DNA of 64,000 nt, taken from assembly GCA_045628165.1 (NCBI GenBank), contig JAZQPB010000156.1, positions 17,367-81,366 on the forward strand. The letters run 5' to 3'. Below are positions 8,744 to 18,500 of the stretch, in pieces. The translations under genes were made by a program, and so were the position numbers. How positions within the stretch are numbered: the stretch's first letter is position 1; each line of letters opens with the position of its first letter. Source of the DNA: Bacteroidales bacterium. GTDB lineage: Bacteria; Bacteroidota; Bacteroidia; Bacteroidales; UBA3824. Under the pieces are notes generated by a model. That model had not been told where the DNA came from, did no database searches, and worked only from the letters and a program-made list of their open reading frames with translations.

Positions 8744-10681
8744 TTAATCCTCCGCTCCCTGCTCCGATATTATCACGGTCTCTATTACGGCGCACCCGTT
8801 TTTGTCCACAAGTTTCACCGAATAGCTGCCCGGCTTCAGGCGCTCTATTATGGGAGTCTTCTCCTTGCCGTTCAGGGTAATGGTGTAAGGAGCCACTCCG
8901 CCGTAGGGCACCACATTAATCTTACCGTTGCCGGCGCCGTGAGCCGTTACATGTGTAACATCGCACCTCATGGTAAGCTCTATGGCGGGCGCCGACACAG
9001 TAAAGCTTTCAGCTGATACACACTGAGTACGGTCCTTCACGGTAACCGTGTAAGTTCCGCCCGGCAGGTGCGACACATCGCGCGAATCCTGGTCGTGGCT
9101 CCATGAATAAGTGTATCCTGGATTTCCGCCCGACACTTTCAGTGAAATCTGTCCGTCGTTTCCGCCCGTGCAGGTCACATTCTTCACCTGGCCCTCCACC
9201 ACGATAGGCTTTTCGGGCTGGTGGATTTCAGCTGAACGCACTATCTCGCATCCCCAGCTGTCCACGGCCTTCATGGTGTATGTGCCGGCCATCACATTAT
9301 CCACCTCCTGCCCCACCAGCGAATCGTTGAGCCAGAACTTGTAAGGCTTGTCGCCGCCCGACACCGCAAACGAGAGCGCGCCCCTGGCCTGTCCGTGGCA
9401 TGGCGAGTGATACACCTCGGGGCTGAATGTGAACGGAACCTTGGGCGCGGTAATCTCCACCGAATCCCAAGTGTAGCATCTGTTGGCATCGCGCACTACA
9501 CATCCGTAAACACCTGTTCCCTGGTTCACGATTTCGGGAGCCTCGGTCTCGTCGCTCCATATTATATAATAAGGTGCCGTGCCGCCGGTAACATTTGCCT
9601 TTAGATAAGCGTCGTGCTCGGCATAGCAGCGGATGTTCCTGTAATCTATCTTCAGGCTCAGTTCGCTATCAGGCTCGCTGATAGTAACACTCTGTGTCAT
9701 AGAGTTTCCCTTGCAGTCGGTTACAGTTACGGTGTATTGGCCAGCTGATAGGTTATCTATCCGGGCAGTCTTCTTGCCGTTGCTCCAGAGATACTTGTAG
9801 TCGGGAGTTCCGCCCGAAACCACTGCCGTGGCCGATCCCGTGCTCTTGCCGTGGCATTTCACATCTTCCTTCTCGATAGTAAGATCCATGGGCGCACGGT
9901 ACTGATACCTGATGTAGCGCACATTGTCGTAGATATCGGCCTCGGCCTCCAGCACGGCTATTCCGCCACCCTTGGCAAACCAGCGGTAATATACGGCATT
10001 GGTCTTGCTGCCGAACTCCGGTGCGGGCCTCCAGCCCATCATGTGGCTGTTCTTGTAAGCCACCATCCTCTTGTTCACGGTATTGCGCTCGCGCAGGGCC
10101 ATGTATGTATCCTGTGGCGTCTTGATGGTCATGCAGGTATCGAAATACGACTCGCTGCTCATATCGAGGTCTATTCTCACCGAATCGGCAAACTGTGTGA
10201 GGCCGTAGCTCGATACGAATTTCTTGCTGATGCTGTCGCTGATGTAGCGTCCCTGCCTGAGCGGAAACTTGTACAGCACGAGGTCGGTAGGGAACACTAT
10301 CACCACCGCGGCCTTGAGCCCCAGATAATCGTTGATGAGTCCCTGCATCCTCACCTTCGACGAATCCATGGACAAGAACTCCATGTTTTTCTTGGTCTGA
10401 AACTTCACCAGCTCCGAATTAGGGAACAGATTGCCGTATTTGCTCCTTCGCTTGGAGTAATACCTTACCGTATCGTACGTATCAGGCTTTATATCAGATA
10501 CATCCCAACCTCGGCGATTGAGCTCCTGAAGATTGAGCTCGCCCACCCGGTACGTCTTTACGGCATATATGAAACCATCGCCGTCTTTGGCCATATCCGA
10601 ATAATCGATCTCTATCTGCGCCGATACTTCCGATACGCACATCAGCAGAAATGCAAGCCACAATATATATAAACTACGCAT
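8744..10681 (-). CDS. Secreted protein with five SprB-type repeats
   Basis: Signal peptide MRSLYILWLAFLLMCVSEVSAQ. Five units of about 80 aa follow the pattern C.G...G......VSGGT.PY.Y.W, for example CHGKSTGSATAVVSGGTPDYKYLWS. I could not find a T9SS CTD. Confidence 0.7.
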   Translation of the reverse strand: MRSLYILWLAFLLMCVSEVSAQIEIDYSDMAKDGDGFIYAVKTYRVGELNLQELNRRGWDVSDIKPDTYDTVRYYSKRRSKYGNLFPNSELVKFQTKKNMEFLSMDSSKVRMQGLINDYLGLKAAVVIVFPTDLVLYKFPLRQGRYISDSISKKFVSSYGLTQFADSVRIDLDMSSESYFDTCMTIKTPQDTYMALRERNTVNKRMVAYKNSHMMGWRPAPEFGSKTNAVYYRWFAKGGGIAVLEAEADIYDNVRYIRYQYRAPMDLTIEKEDVKCHGKSTGSATAVVSGGTPDYKYLWSNGKKTARIDNLSAGQYTVTVTDCKGNSMTQSVTISEPDSELSLKIDYRNIRCYAEHDAYLKANVTGGTAPYYIIWSDETEAPEIVNQGTGVYGCVVRDANRCYTWDSVEITAPKVPFTFSPEVYHSPCHGQARGALSFAVSGGDKPYKFWLNDSLVGQEVDNVMAGTYTMKAVDSWGCEIVRSAEIHQPEKPIVVEGQVKNVTCTGGNDGQISLKVSGGNPGYTYSWSHDQDSRDVSHLPGGTYTVTVKDRTQCVSAESFTVSAPAIELTMRCDVTHVTAHGAGNGKINVVPYGGVAPYTITLNGKEKTPIIERLKPGSYSVKLVDKNGCAVIETVIISEQGAED

Positions 10682-10750
10682 AAATCCCTATTTAAAAGTA
10701 ATTGAATAATCTAAAAAGTTTTTGATATGCGAAATAAACAAAAAAAATCC

Positions 10751-10758
10751 TAAATTTG
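10751..10758 (+). promoter_or_regulatory. -7 promoter box (TAAATTTG)
   Basis: TAnnTTTG match in the divergent spacer, 117 nt upstream of ATG 10875. Confidence 0.35.
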
Positions 10759-10874
10759 CCACTAATTTTCAATAAATGTAAAAAAAACGAAAAAAAATTT
10801 CTCCGATAGGAAAAAATGAATAATATTTGTATTCAATTGAAAACAAAAATACGAATAAAAAAAAGGATATAAAA

Positions 10875-12875
10875 ATGCGCAGTATACTCATAGCCACGGC
10901 TATTGCCGCAGCATCAATGATGGCAAGTCCGGCACTGGCCCAGAACAAGAAAATCGACAAGGCACTCACATACTACAACAGTGGGGAGTACACCAAATGC
11001 CGCGACATGCTCGTAAAGTATTTCCCAAAAGTGAAAGACCGCCCCACCAAGGGACAGGTATCATTCTACATAGGAGAATGCAGCCGCAACCTAAGCGACT
11101 CGCGCAATGCGGCGCAGTGGTACCGCAAGGCCGTGCAAAACAAATACTCGAATCCGCTGGCTACTCTCTACCTGGCCGACGCGCTGAAGATGAGGGGCAA
11201 CTACGAGGACGCCTCGGTGCAATACAGCGCATATCAGGACCTGATGCCCCAGGACGTAAGGGGCGAGCAGGGAGTAAACGACTGTGAGCAGGCCCTCCAG
11301 TGGATGAAGAATCCCACAAGACACATAGTATTCCCGGCCAGATGGCTCAACGACAAGGAATCGGACTTTGCGCCGTGTTTCGGCACCGACAGCACCACGA
11401 TATATTTCACATCGGCGCGCGAGGCCGCTACCGGCAACGTGAAAAACACAAGCTCCGATATGCACTACACCGACATTTTCTATGCCGAGAAAGACAAGAA
11501 AGGCAAATGGAGCGTGCCGGTGCCTATACAGGGCTCGGTAAACACTCCGTACGACGAGGGATCGCCGTTTGTAACTCCCAACGGAAACACGATGTACTAC
11601 ACATCGTGCAAGAACTTCAAGAACCAGTCGTTGGGATGCAGAATATATGTTGCCAGCCTGGAGGACGGCCAGTGGACCAATCCCGAGGAGGTGGTGCTAT
11701 TCAAGGACAGCACCGTATCGGTGGGGCATCCATGCCTGAGCCCCGACGGCAAGACCCTCTATTTCTCATCAGACTACAAGGAGGGAGGAATGGGCGGCCG
11801 CGACATCTGGAAATCCACCCGCACCGGCAAGAACTCATGGAGCGATCCTGTAAACATGGGCGCAGATGTAAACACCGCCGCCGACGAGGTTTATCCTTTT
11901 GCAGCTGATGACGGCAGTTTCTACTTCTCATCCAACGGACGCGGAGGCATGGGCGGTCTCGACATTTTCAGGAACTACAAGAAAGACGGACAGACCAAGA
12001 CCGAAAACCTGAAGTATCCGCTCAACTCGGCCGGCGACGATTTCGGATTCCACCAGTTCAAGAACTATCAGCGAGGCTTCCTGTCGTCAAACAGAGAGGG
12101 ATCGCGCGGCGACGATATCTACGGATTCTTCCTCCCTCCTATAGAGGTAAGCATAGAGGGAGTATGCAAAAACGAGGAGACCACCGTGGTGATACCAGAT
12201 GCGAATGTTCAGCTCACAGGATCCGACGGCAATCAGCTGGACACCAAGACCGACAAGAACGGCCAGTTCAGATTCAAGCTCAACGAGAACATCGACTACA
12301 TGTTTGTGGCATCCAAGAGCGGATACCTGAAGGGCATCGGCAAGGAGACCACCAAGGGCCTCACCGAGAATACGGTGCTGCATATCGAGATACTCCTTAC
12401 TCCTATAGCCCAGGTAGTTGAGATAGAGAACATAGAGTACGACTTCAACAAGGCCAACCTCCGCGAGGAGAGCAAGGTGAGCCTCGATCAGCTGGTGGAA
12501 CTGCTGAACGTGAACAACAACATCACCATAGAGCTGAGGGCCAACACCGACTTCCGAGGCAGCGACGAGGACAACATGAAACTATCGGAGGCGCGCGCCG
12601 CGTCGGTAGTGGAATACCTCGTAAGCAAGGGCATCAACCCCGACCGCCTTACATCACGAGGCATGGGCGAGAGCAACCCCGTAAAGGTGACCAAGAAGAT
12701 AGCCAACAAGTATCCGTTCCTGAAGGAGGGCGATGTGCTGAGCGAGGATTTCATCAACAGCCTGACCACCAATCAGGACAAGGAGATTTGCCATCAGCTG
12801 AACCGACGCTCGGAATTTGCCGTAACACGCACCGACTTCCGCGAGCACGGCATAAAGTTCGGCGAGGAGGAATAG
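10875..12875 (+). CDS. PorE-like T9SS-associated protein: TPR + TolB-like propeller + CarboxypepD_reg-like + OmpA_C domains
   Basis: Signal peptide MRSILIATAIAAASMMASPALAQ. TPR-like N-terminus. PD40 motifs (SPDGKTLYFSSD). A CRD-like segment (IPDANVQLTGSDGNQLDTKTDKNGQFRF). OmpA_C signature (ANTDFRGSDEDNMKLSEARAASVVEYL). This domain order matches P. gingivalis PorE (PG1058). Start set at ATG 10875. Confidence 0.75.
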   Translation: MRSILIATAIAAASMMASPALAQNKKIDKALTYYNSGEYTKCRDMLVKYFPKVKDRPTKGQVSFYIGECSRNLSDSRNAAQWYRKAVQNKYSNPLATLYLADALKMRGNYEDASVQYSAYQDLMPQDVRGEQGVNDCEQALQWMKNPTRHIVFPARWLNDKESDFAPCFGTDSTTIYFTSAREAATGNVKNTSSDMHYTDIFYAEKDKKGKWSVPVPIQGSVNTPYDEGSPFVTPNGNTMYYTSCKNFKNQSLGCRIYVASLEDGQWTNPEEVVLFKDSTVSVGHPCLSPDGKTLYFSSDYKEGGMGGRDIWKSTRTGKNSWSDPVNMGADVNTAADEVYPFAADDGSFYFSSNGRGGMGGLDIFRNYKKDGQTKTENLKYPLNSAGDDFGFHQFKNYQRGFLSSNREGSRGDDIYGFFLPPIEVSIEGVCKNEETTVVIPDANVQLTGSDGNQLDTKTDKNGQFRFKLNENIDYMFVASKSGYLKGIGKETTKGLTENTVLHIEILLTPIAQVVEIENIEYDFNKANLREESKVSLDQLVELLNVNNNITIELRANTDFRGSDEDNMKLSEARAASVVEYLVSKGINPDRLTSRGMGESNPVKVTKKIANKYPFLKEGDVLSEDFINSLTTNQDKEICHQLNRRSEFAVTRTDFREHGIKFGEEE

Positions 12876-12905
12876 CGCCATCAGCTGCACAAAAAAAAAA
12901 ATATA

Positions 12906-13397
12906 ATGCCATTAGCTGAAAAAAAACATACACAAGCAATGATAGACGAAAAGCTAATACGTTTTATCCGCGAGCACCACGTGCTTACACTGGCCACCTG
13001 CGCCAACGGACAGCCGTACTGCTGCAGCTGTTTCTACGCCTACAACGAGGAGCAAAACATCTTTGTGGTGAAGACCAACGACAACACCAGGCACAATGCC
13101 GAGATAGAAGCAAACCCTCAGATAGGCGCATCGATAGTGCTGGAGACCAAGGAGATAGGCAAGATACAGGGACTGCAGCTGACAGGCCGGGCGGTATACT
13201 ACCACGGCGACCAGCTGGGCCCGGCCCGCAAGACCTACCTGAAACAGTACCCGTATGCCATAGCATCGCCGGGAGAATACCTGGCCATAGAGCCCGATTT
13301 CATGAAGCTGACCGACAACAGGTTCGGATTCGGCAAGAAGCTCATCTGGCGCGCCGGCGAAAACGGGGAACAAATAAAATTGCCGGATACAAAATAA
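12906..13397 (+). CDS. Pyridoxamine 5'-phosphate oxidase-like FMN-binding family protein (YhbP-like)
   Basis: 163 aa. The segment HHVLTLATCANGQPYCCSCFYAY and the overall size resemble PNPOx-like split-barrel proteins. Confidence 0.55.
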   Translation: MPLAEKKHTQAMIDEKLIRFIREHHVLTLATCANGQPYCCSCFYAYNEEQNIFVVKTNDNTRHNAEIEANPQIGASIVLETKEIGKIQGLQLTGRAVYYHGDQLGPARKTYLKQYPYAIASPGEYLAIEPDFMKLTDNRFGFGKKLIWRAGENGEQIKLPDTK

Positions 13398-13401
13398 AAT
13401 G

Positions 13402-13409
13402 TATCTTTG
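13402..13409 (+). promoter_or_regulatory. -7 promoter box (TATCTTTG)
   Basis: TAnnTTTG match 77 nt upstream of ATG 13486. Confidence 0.45.
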
Positions 13410-13485
13410 CAACGTATTCAGCTAATGGGGCCGGCCAGGCTCCAATACACAGAAACAGAATAATTACACAATAAAACCACACCAA

Positions 13486-14391
13486 ATGAAACTGATATCA
13501 AAATCTATCGCAGCAGCTATCTCGATAGCCGCATTTGCAGCACTGCAAGCCTGCTCGGGCAACGGTGGCAACAATCAGAACATCACCAACGACCAATTGG
13601 ACGAAATGGAGGAATTGGACGAAATGGAGCAGACCACATTCTATCTGCTGCCATCGCCTGAGGACATTTTCGCTTTCTCGGCCGAGAAAATGAAATACTC
13701 GTCGGCTCTGCTGAACCCCACAGAGAAGGCCGACTCCTACATGGACATCAAGACCCAGGAGATCAACTTCGGAGTATACACCGCCGACATGGCGTACGCC
13801 GCAGCTTTCGGCGAATACAACGACGCCGGCAAGTACCTGAAGACCATAAAGGGCGTAAGCTCCAAGCTCGGCCTCGAGTCGATATTCACACAGGCACTCG
13901 CCGCCAGGGTAGACCAGTTTATCTCCAACAAGGACTCGCTGAAGGAGATAGCCAACGACACATACTACGACATCAAGAAATCGCTGGAGAGCCACAACCG
14001 CAACTCCACAATAGCACAGATCTCGGCCGGCGGCTGGGTAGAGTGCATGTACATAATCACCAACTCGATAGAGACATTCTCGGAGAGCGACCCCAACATC
14101 CAGCACATAGCCGGCGAGAAACAGGTGTTCACCAGCCTGATGCAGTATCTCGAGCAGCTGAAGGACAAGCCAGGCATAAGCGCCACCATCAACGACCTGA
14201 AGCCTATAGAGGACGCATACGCACAGCTCGGATATGAGGACGTGGCTCCCGCGGCCAAGCCTGCCAGCGACGACGAGGACGCTCCAATAGTAATAGGCGG
14301 CAGCAAGAAGCTGAAAATCACCGAGGAGAACTTCAACCTCCTGAAGGAGAAAATAGCCGGTGTACGTCAGGTGCTCACCAACAACAAGTAA
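13486..14391 (+). CDS. Lipoprotein, function unknown
   Basis: Lipobox-like AALQAC|SG after a signal peptide; helical and acidic; no family recognised. Confidence 0.6.
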   Translation: MKLISKSIAAAISIAAFAALQACSGNGGNNQNITNDQLDEMEELDEMEQTTFYLLPSPEDIFAFSAEKMKYSSALLNPTEKADSYMDIKTQEINFGVYTADMAYAAAFGEYNDAGKYLKTIKGVSSKLGLESIFTQALAARVDQFISNKDSLKEIANDTYYDIKKSLESHNRNSTIAQISAGGWVECMYIITNSIETFSESDPNIQHIAGEKQVFTSLMQYLEQLKDKPGISATINDLKPIEDAYAQLGYEDVAPAAKPASDDEDAPIVIGGSKKLKITEENFNLLKEKIAGVRQVLTNNK

Positions 14392-14481
14392 GCCGGACAG
14401 TCCCCATAAAAATTGAATCGCAAAAAAATAATCTGAAAGAAACTACGTTTCTAAATACAGAAAGAATAAGATTATTGGAAT

Positions 14482-15075
14482 ATGAAAACACTCAAGAAAA
14501 TAATACTAGGACTCGCGATGGCGGCCATGCTGCCCATTGCATCGGAGGCTCAAAACTGCGCAAACTTCTTCAACAACAGAAAGCCTGAGGCCCCATACCG
14601 ATACAACACCGCATCCAAGAGCGCTACCGTATGGTCGGGCAAGAAATATGAGTTTGTGCTCCCGCTAACAGCCGGCAACGAATACCGCGTAAGATTCTAC
14701 GCCGCATCGGTCTTCAACAACGACCTCCAGATAAAAATCGTGGACCTGAACTCCGGCGAGACAGTAGTGGACCTGCCGGGCGCAGTAGAGGAGCCCAAGA
14801 AGGGCAACACTTGTCTCCAGGACTACATGGATACCAAAACCAACAAGCTCATCCACCCATACTTCGACTTTGCCCCACAGCAGGCCACATCCATCAAGAT
14901 AATGATAGATGTAAAAGACCACATGGAATACGTGGAAGAGCCCATCCTTGACGAGGACGGCTACCCAACCGGCGAGATGAAGAAAACCGCTGTTATCCCC
15001 GAGGGCGGCATCGAGCAGGTGAAAGGCTGTTTTACAGTTTACGTATCCGACAAGCCGGGTGAGGCCGCTTGGTAA
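14482..15075 (+). CDS. Secreted protein, function unknown
   Basis: Signal peptide MKTLKKIILGLAMAAMLPIASEAQ; 197 aa; no family recognised. Confidence 0.6.
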   Translation: MKTLKKIILGLAMAAMLPIASEAQNCANFFNNRKPEAPYRYNTASKSATVWSGKKYEFVLPLTAGNEYRVRFYAASVFNNDLQIKIVDLNSGETVVDLPGAVEEPKKGNTCLQDYMDTKTNKLIHPYFDFAPQQATSIKIMIDVKDHMEYVEEPILDEDGYPTGEMKKTAVIPEGGIEQVKGCFTVYVSDKPGEAAW

Positions 15076-15110
15076 CAGAGCCATTATCACACAATCAACA
15101 AAAATTCAAG

Positions 15111-15150
15111 AAGGCGAATCCCAGTCACAAAATGGAATTCGCCTTTTATT
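15111..15150 (+). terminator. Intrinsic terminator
   Basis: AAGGCGAAT/ATTCGCCTT stem followed by TTTTATT. Confidence 0.6.
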
Positions 15151-15156
15151 ATTTCA

Positions 15157-15206
15157 CGCCATTAGCTGACAAGGGAAAAAGTATTTTTTATCATATCAGC
15201 TAATGG
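15157..15206. repeat. Inverted pair of the abundant 12-mer (GCCATTAGCTGA ... TCAGCTAATGGC), 26-nt spacer, followed by an A-run
   Basis: Exact 12-nt inverted repeat read directly from the sequence. Confidence 0.85.
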
Positions 15207-15227
15207 CAAAAAAAACTGAAAAAACCG

Positions 15228-15500
15228 ATGAAAATATTTCTTCTATACATGCTTGCAATAGGAATAATCGGCGTGATATTCCTGAGGATAGACAAATACA
15301 AGGCCACCCACGAGAAATGGCGCATCAAGGAGCGCACACTCCACATACTGGAGTTTCTGGGCGGAATATTCATGATGCTGCCCGCCATGTACATTATCCG
15401 CCACAAAAACCGCAAAACATCATACAACTGGATATCGTATGCCGCGCTCACGGTATGGATAGCCGGATTGTGGTATTTTGGCAATAGTTATTTTAAATAA
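15228..15500 (+). CDS. DUF1294-family small membrane protein
   Basis: 90 aa. DKYKA...RIKERTLHILEFLGG followed by a RHKNRK motif and hydrophobic segments, as in DUF1294. Confidence 0.6.
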   Translation: MKIFLLYMLAIGIIGVIFLRIDKYKATHEKWRIKERTLHILEFLGGIFMMLPAMYIIRHKNRKTSYNWISYAALTVWIAGLWYFGNSYFK

Positions 15501-15540
15501 TATTAATAAACACCCGTCCTATATTTGATAAATTTTTGTG

Positions 15541-15548
15541 TATCTTTG
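15541..15548 (+). promoter_or_regulatory. -7 promoter box (TATCTTTG)
   Basis: TAnnTTTG match 37 nt upstream of ATG 15585. Confidence 0.5.
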
Positions 15549-15584
15549 CACTCGATTATTACACACACGCAGGGATACACAAAA

Positions 15585-18500
15585 ATGGACAATAAACAGG
15601 AAAGATACCAGCTTGGAATCGACATAGGTTCCACCACGGCCAAGATTGTTGTCTTCAACAGTCATGGAGATATTGTATTCCATCAGTACGGCAAGCACAA
15701 TACATATATCTATCAATCGCTTACGCAAGCGCTGAAAAACGCCCAGGAGAAGCTCGGCAATATCAGTGTATCCTGCGCCATCACGGGAACAGCCGGAATG
15801 GGCGTAAGCGAGCGCAACGGCATCAAATTCATACAGGAGGTGATAGCGGCCACAAATGTTGTGGAGCTAAAATTCCCTGAGGTTCACACATTGGTGGATA
15901 TCGGCGGCGAGGACACCAAGATGATATTCTTTGAAAAAGGCAAGAGTCCCGACATCCGTATGAACGGCAACTGCGCCGGTGGCACGGGCGCTTTCATAGA
16001 GCAGATGGCGCAACTCCTCAATGTGAAGATAGAGGATATGAACGCGCTGGCCGCCGAGAGCAAGAACCACTACCCTATCGCATCGCGCTGCGGAGTTTTC
16101 GCCAAGACAGATATTCAGAACCTCCTTGCAAGAAAAGTGGAGAAGGCTGATATCGCCGCATCGATTTTCCACGCCGTGGGAATCCAGACCCTCAATACAT
16201 TATCGCGCGGATACGAGGTTTTGCCCAAGGTAATGTTTATCGGCGGACCTCTCACCTTTATGCCCGAACTCCGCAACAAAATGCTCAAGGCTATGCACCT
16301 GACTGAGCAGGATATGATAATTCCACCATATTCGGAGTATTTTCCTGCGCAGGGAGCCGCCTACGAGGCCGAGGGTGAGCCTTCGCACTCGCTCGACGAA
16401 CTTATAGAGCAGTTTCAGAAATCTCAGAACATCGTAATAGAGCCCAAGGACCGCCTTACTCCCCTCTTCAAAGACGAGACGGAATATCAGACCTGGCTCA
16501 AGGAAAGAAATATCATAAATCCTCAACGCGTTGAGTTGAAGGATTATAACGGCAGTCACCTCTACCTTGGCATCGACTCGGGAAGCACCACGAGCAAGGT
16601 GATAATTATGGGCGACAATCACGAGATAATCTTCTCGCACTACGTAAACAACGGCGGAAACACGCTGGAAAAAATCCACGACGCGATAAAGGAATTCTTT
16701 GAGGAGAACAGGACTGTTTTGCAACAGAAATCCCTTGCCATATCGGCCTCTGCCGTCACAGGCTACGGCGAGGACCTCGTGAAGGCCGCTCTCGGTATCG
16801 ACTACGGTATCGTGGAGACATTGGCACATTTCAGCGCCGCACAGTTCCTGAACCCGAAGGTGGATTTCATTATGGATATCGGCGGTCAGGATATGAAGGC
16901 AATCTTCATTCAGAACGGCGTTATCAACAGAATAGAACTGAACGAGAGTTGCTCGGCAGGTTGCGGAAGTTTCATCGAGACATTCGCAAAGACATTAGGA
17001 CTCTCCACACCCGATTTCGCGCAGATAGCCTGCACATCAAGCGCGCCCTGCGACCTCGGCACACGTTGCACCGTGTTTATGAACAGCAAGGTGAAGCAGA
17101 GCCTCAGGGAAAACGCCTCAGTGGGCGACATCTCGGCAGGACTGGCGTATTCGGTGATAAAGAATGCCCTGTTCAAGGTTCTGAAACTTAAAAACTTCAA
17201 CGAACTGGGCGAGACAATCGTGGTTCAGGGCGGAACATTCAAGAATCCGGCCGTTTACCGTGCCCTGGAACTCCTTACGGGCAAGAAACTCACCTCCACC
17301 GAAATTCCCGAGATGATGGGCGCCTTCGGCGCGGCTATCTATGCCAAGACCAAACTCGAACAGGACGGCAAGAACTCAGGAAACTTTGTGGGGCTCGACA
17401 ACATCGACAAGGCATTGGAATACACCAACAAGCAAATACTCTGCAAGGGTTGCGAGAACAACTGCCTTGTAACATCCTTCAAATTCAACAACAAGCAGAC
17501 CTACTACTCGGGCAACAAGTGTCAGAAGGTTTTCAACAGCAAGGGCGAGAAAGTGGAGAAGGGCGAGAATCTCTTCGCCGTCCGCTACAAAATGCTCTTC
17601 GACAGGGAACTGTCTTTGTCTGAAAACCCAAGAATGACGATAGCGATTCCCCGTGTATTGAACCAATACAGCAATTATCCATTCTGGCACGCGCTCTTCA
17701 CGGCCTGCAACATCAAGGTATTGCTGACACCGCCCACCACAATGGGAATGTACGAGACCGGAGCGGGAACCATTATGAGCGACAACATCTGTTTCCCTGC
17801 CAAGATAGTGCACGGCCACATAATGTGGGCATTGGAGCAGAAACCCGACAGAATATTCTATCCGATAGTCACTTACGAGAAAAACGAGTTCAAGAACACC
17901 GAGAACTGTTTCAACTGTCCGATAGTATCAGGATACAGCGACGTTATAAAATCGTCGATAGACCCCAAGGAGAAATACGGAATCCCGTTCGACAATCCTG
18001 TGGTGAACTTCAACGATGAAGAATTGCTATTCAAGACCTGCAAGAAGTACCTGAAATCATTGGGAGTTGAATCGTCTGTGATAAAGAAAGCCTTCAAGCA
18101 GGCGGTGCTTGCTCAGACCGAATACAGATCGCAGATAGCGGTGAAGGCAATGGAGATAATAGAGAACGCCAAAAACAACAACAAACTCCTCGTTGTATTG
18201 GCAGGACGACCATATCACGCCGATCCGCTCATCAATCAGAAGACTCCCGACATCATAGCCGACCTTGGAGCCAACGTAATCAGCGAGGACTCGTTGGCAA
18301 CCTACCTCGACGCTATGGAGTTGCAGGTGATTCCGCAATGGGCATATCCAAACCGAATCCTGAACGCCGCGCAATGGGTGGCCCAGCAGGACCAGAACAT
18401 CACATTCGTGCAGTTGAACTCGTTCGGCTGTGGCCCCGACGCAGTTTTGGTGGACGAGGTTACAGACATTCTGCGAGCATCAGGAAAGAGCAACACCGTA

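Noticed and set aside
9851-10672. 273-aa plus-strand ORF
   Set aside because: Antisense to the SprB-repeat gene; H/I/R/L-rich shadow frame.
10769-10969. 66-aa minus-strand ORF in the divergent spacer
   Set aside because: It is a low-complexity F/I/L translation of an AT-rich promoter region, and it overlaps the PorE-like signal peptide on the other strand.
15203-15487. 94-aa ORF overlapping the DUF1294 ORF in another frame
   Set aside because: The 15228-15500 frame gives a hydrophobic DUF1294-like protein. The alternative frame is R/H/P-rich with no features.
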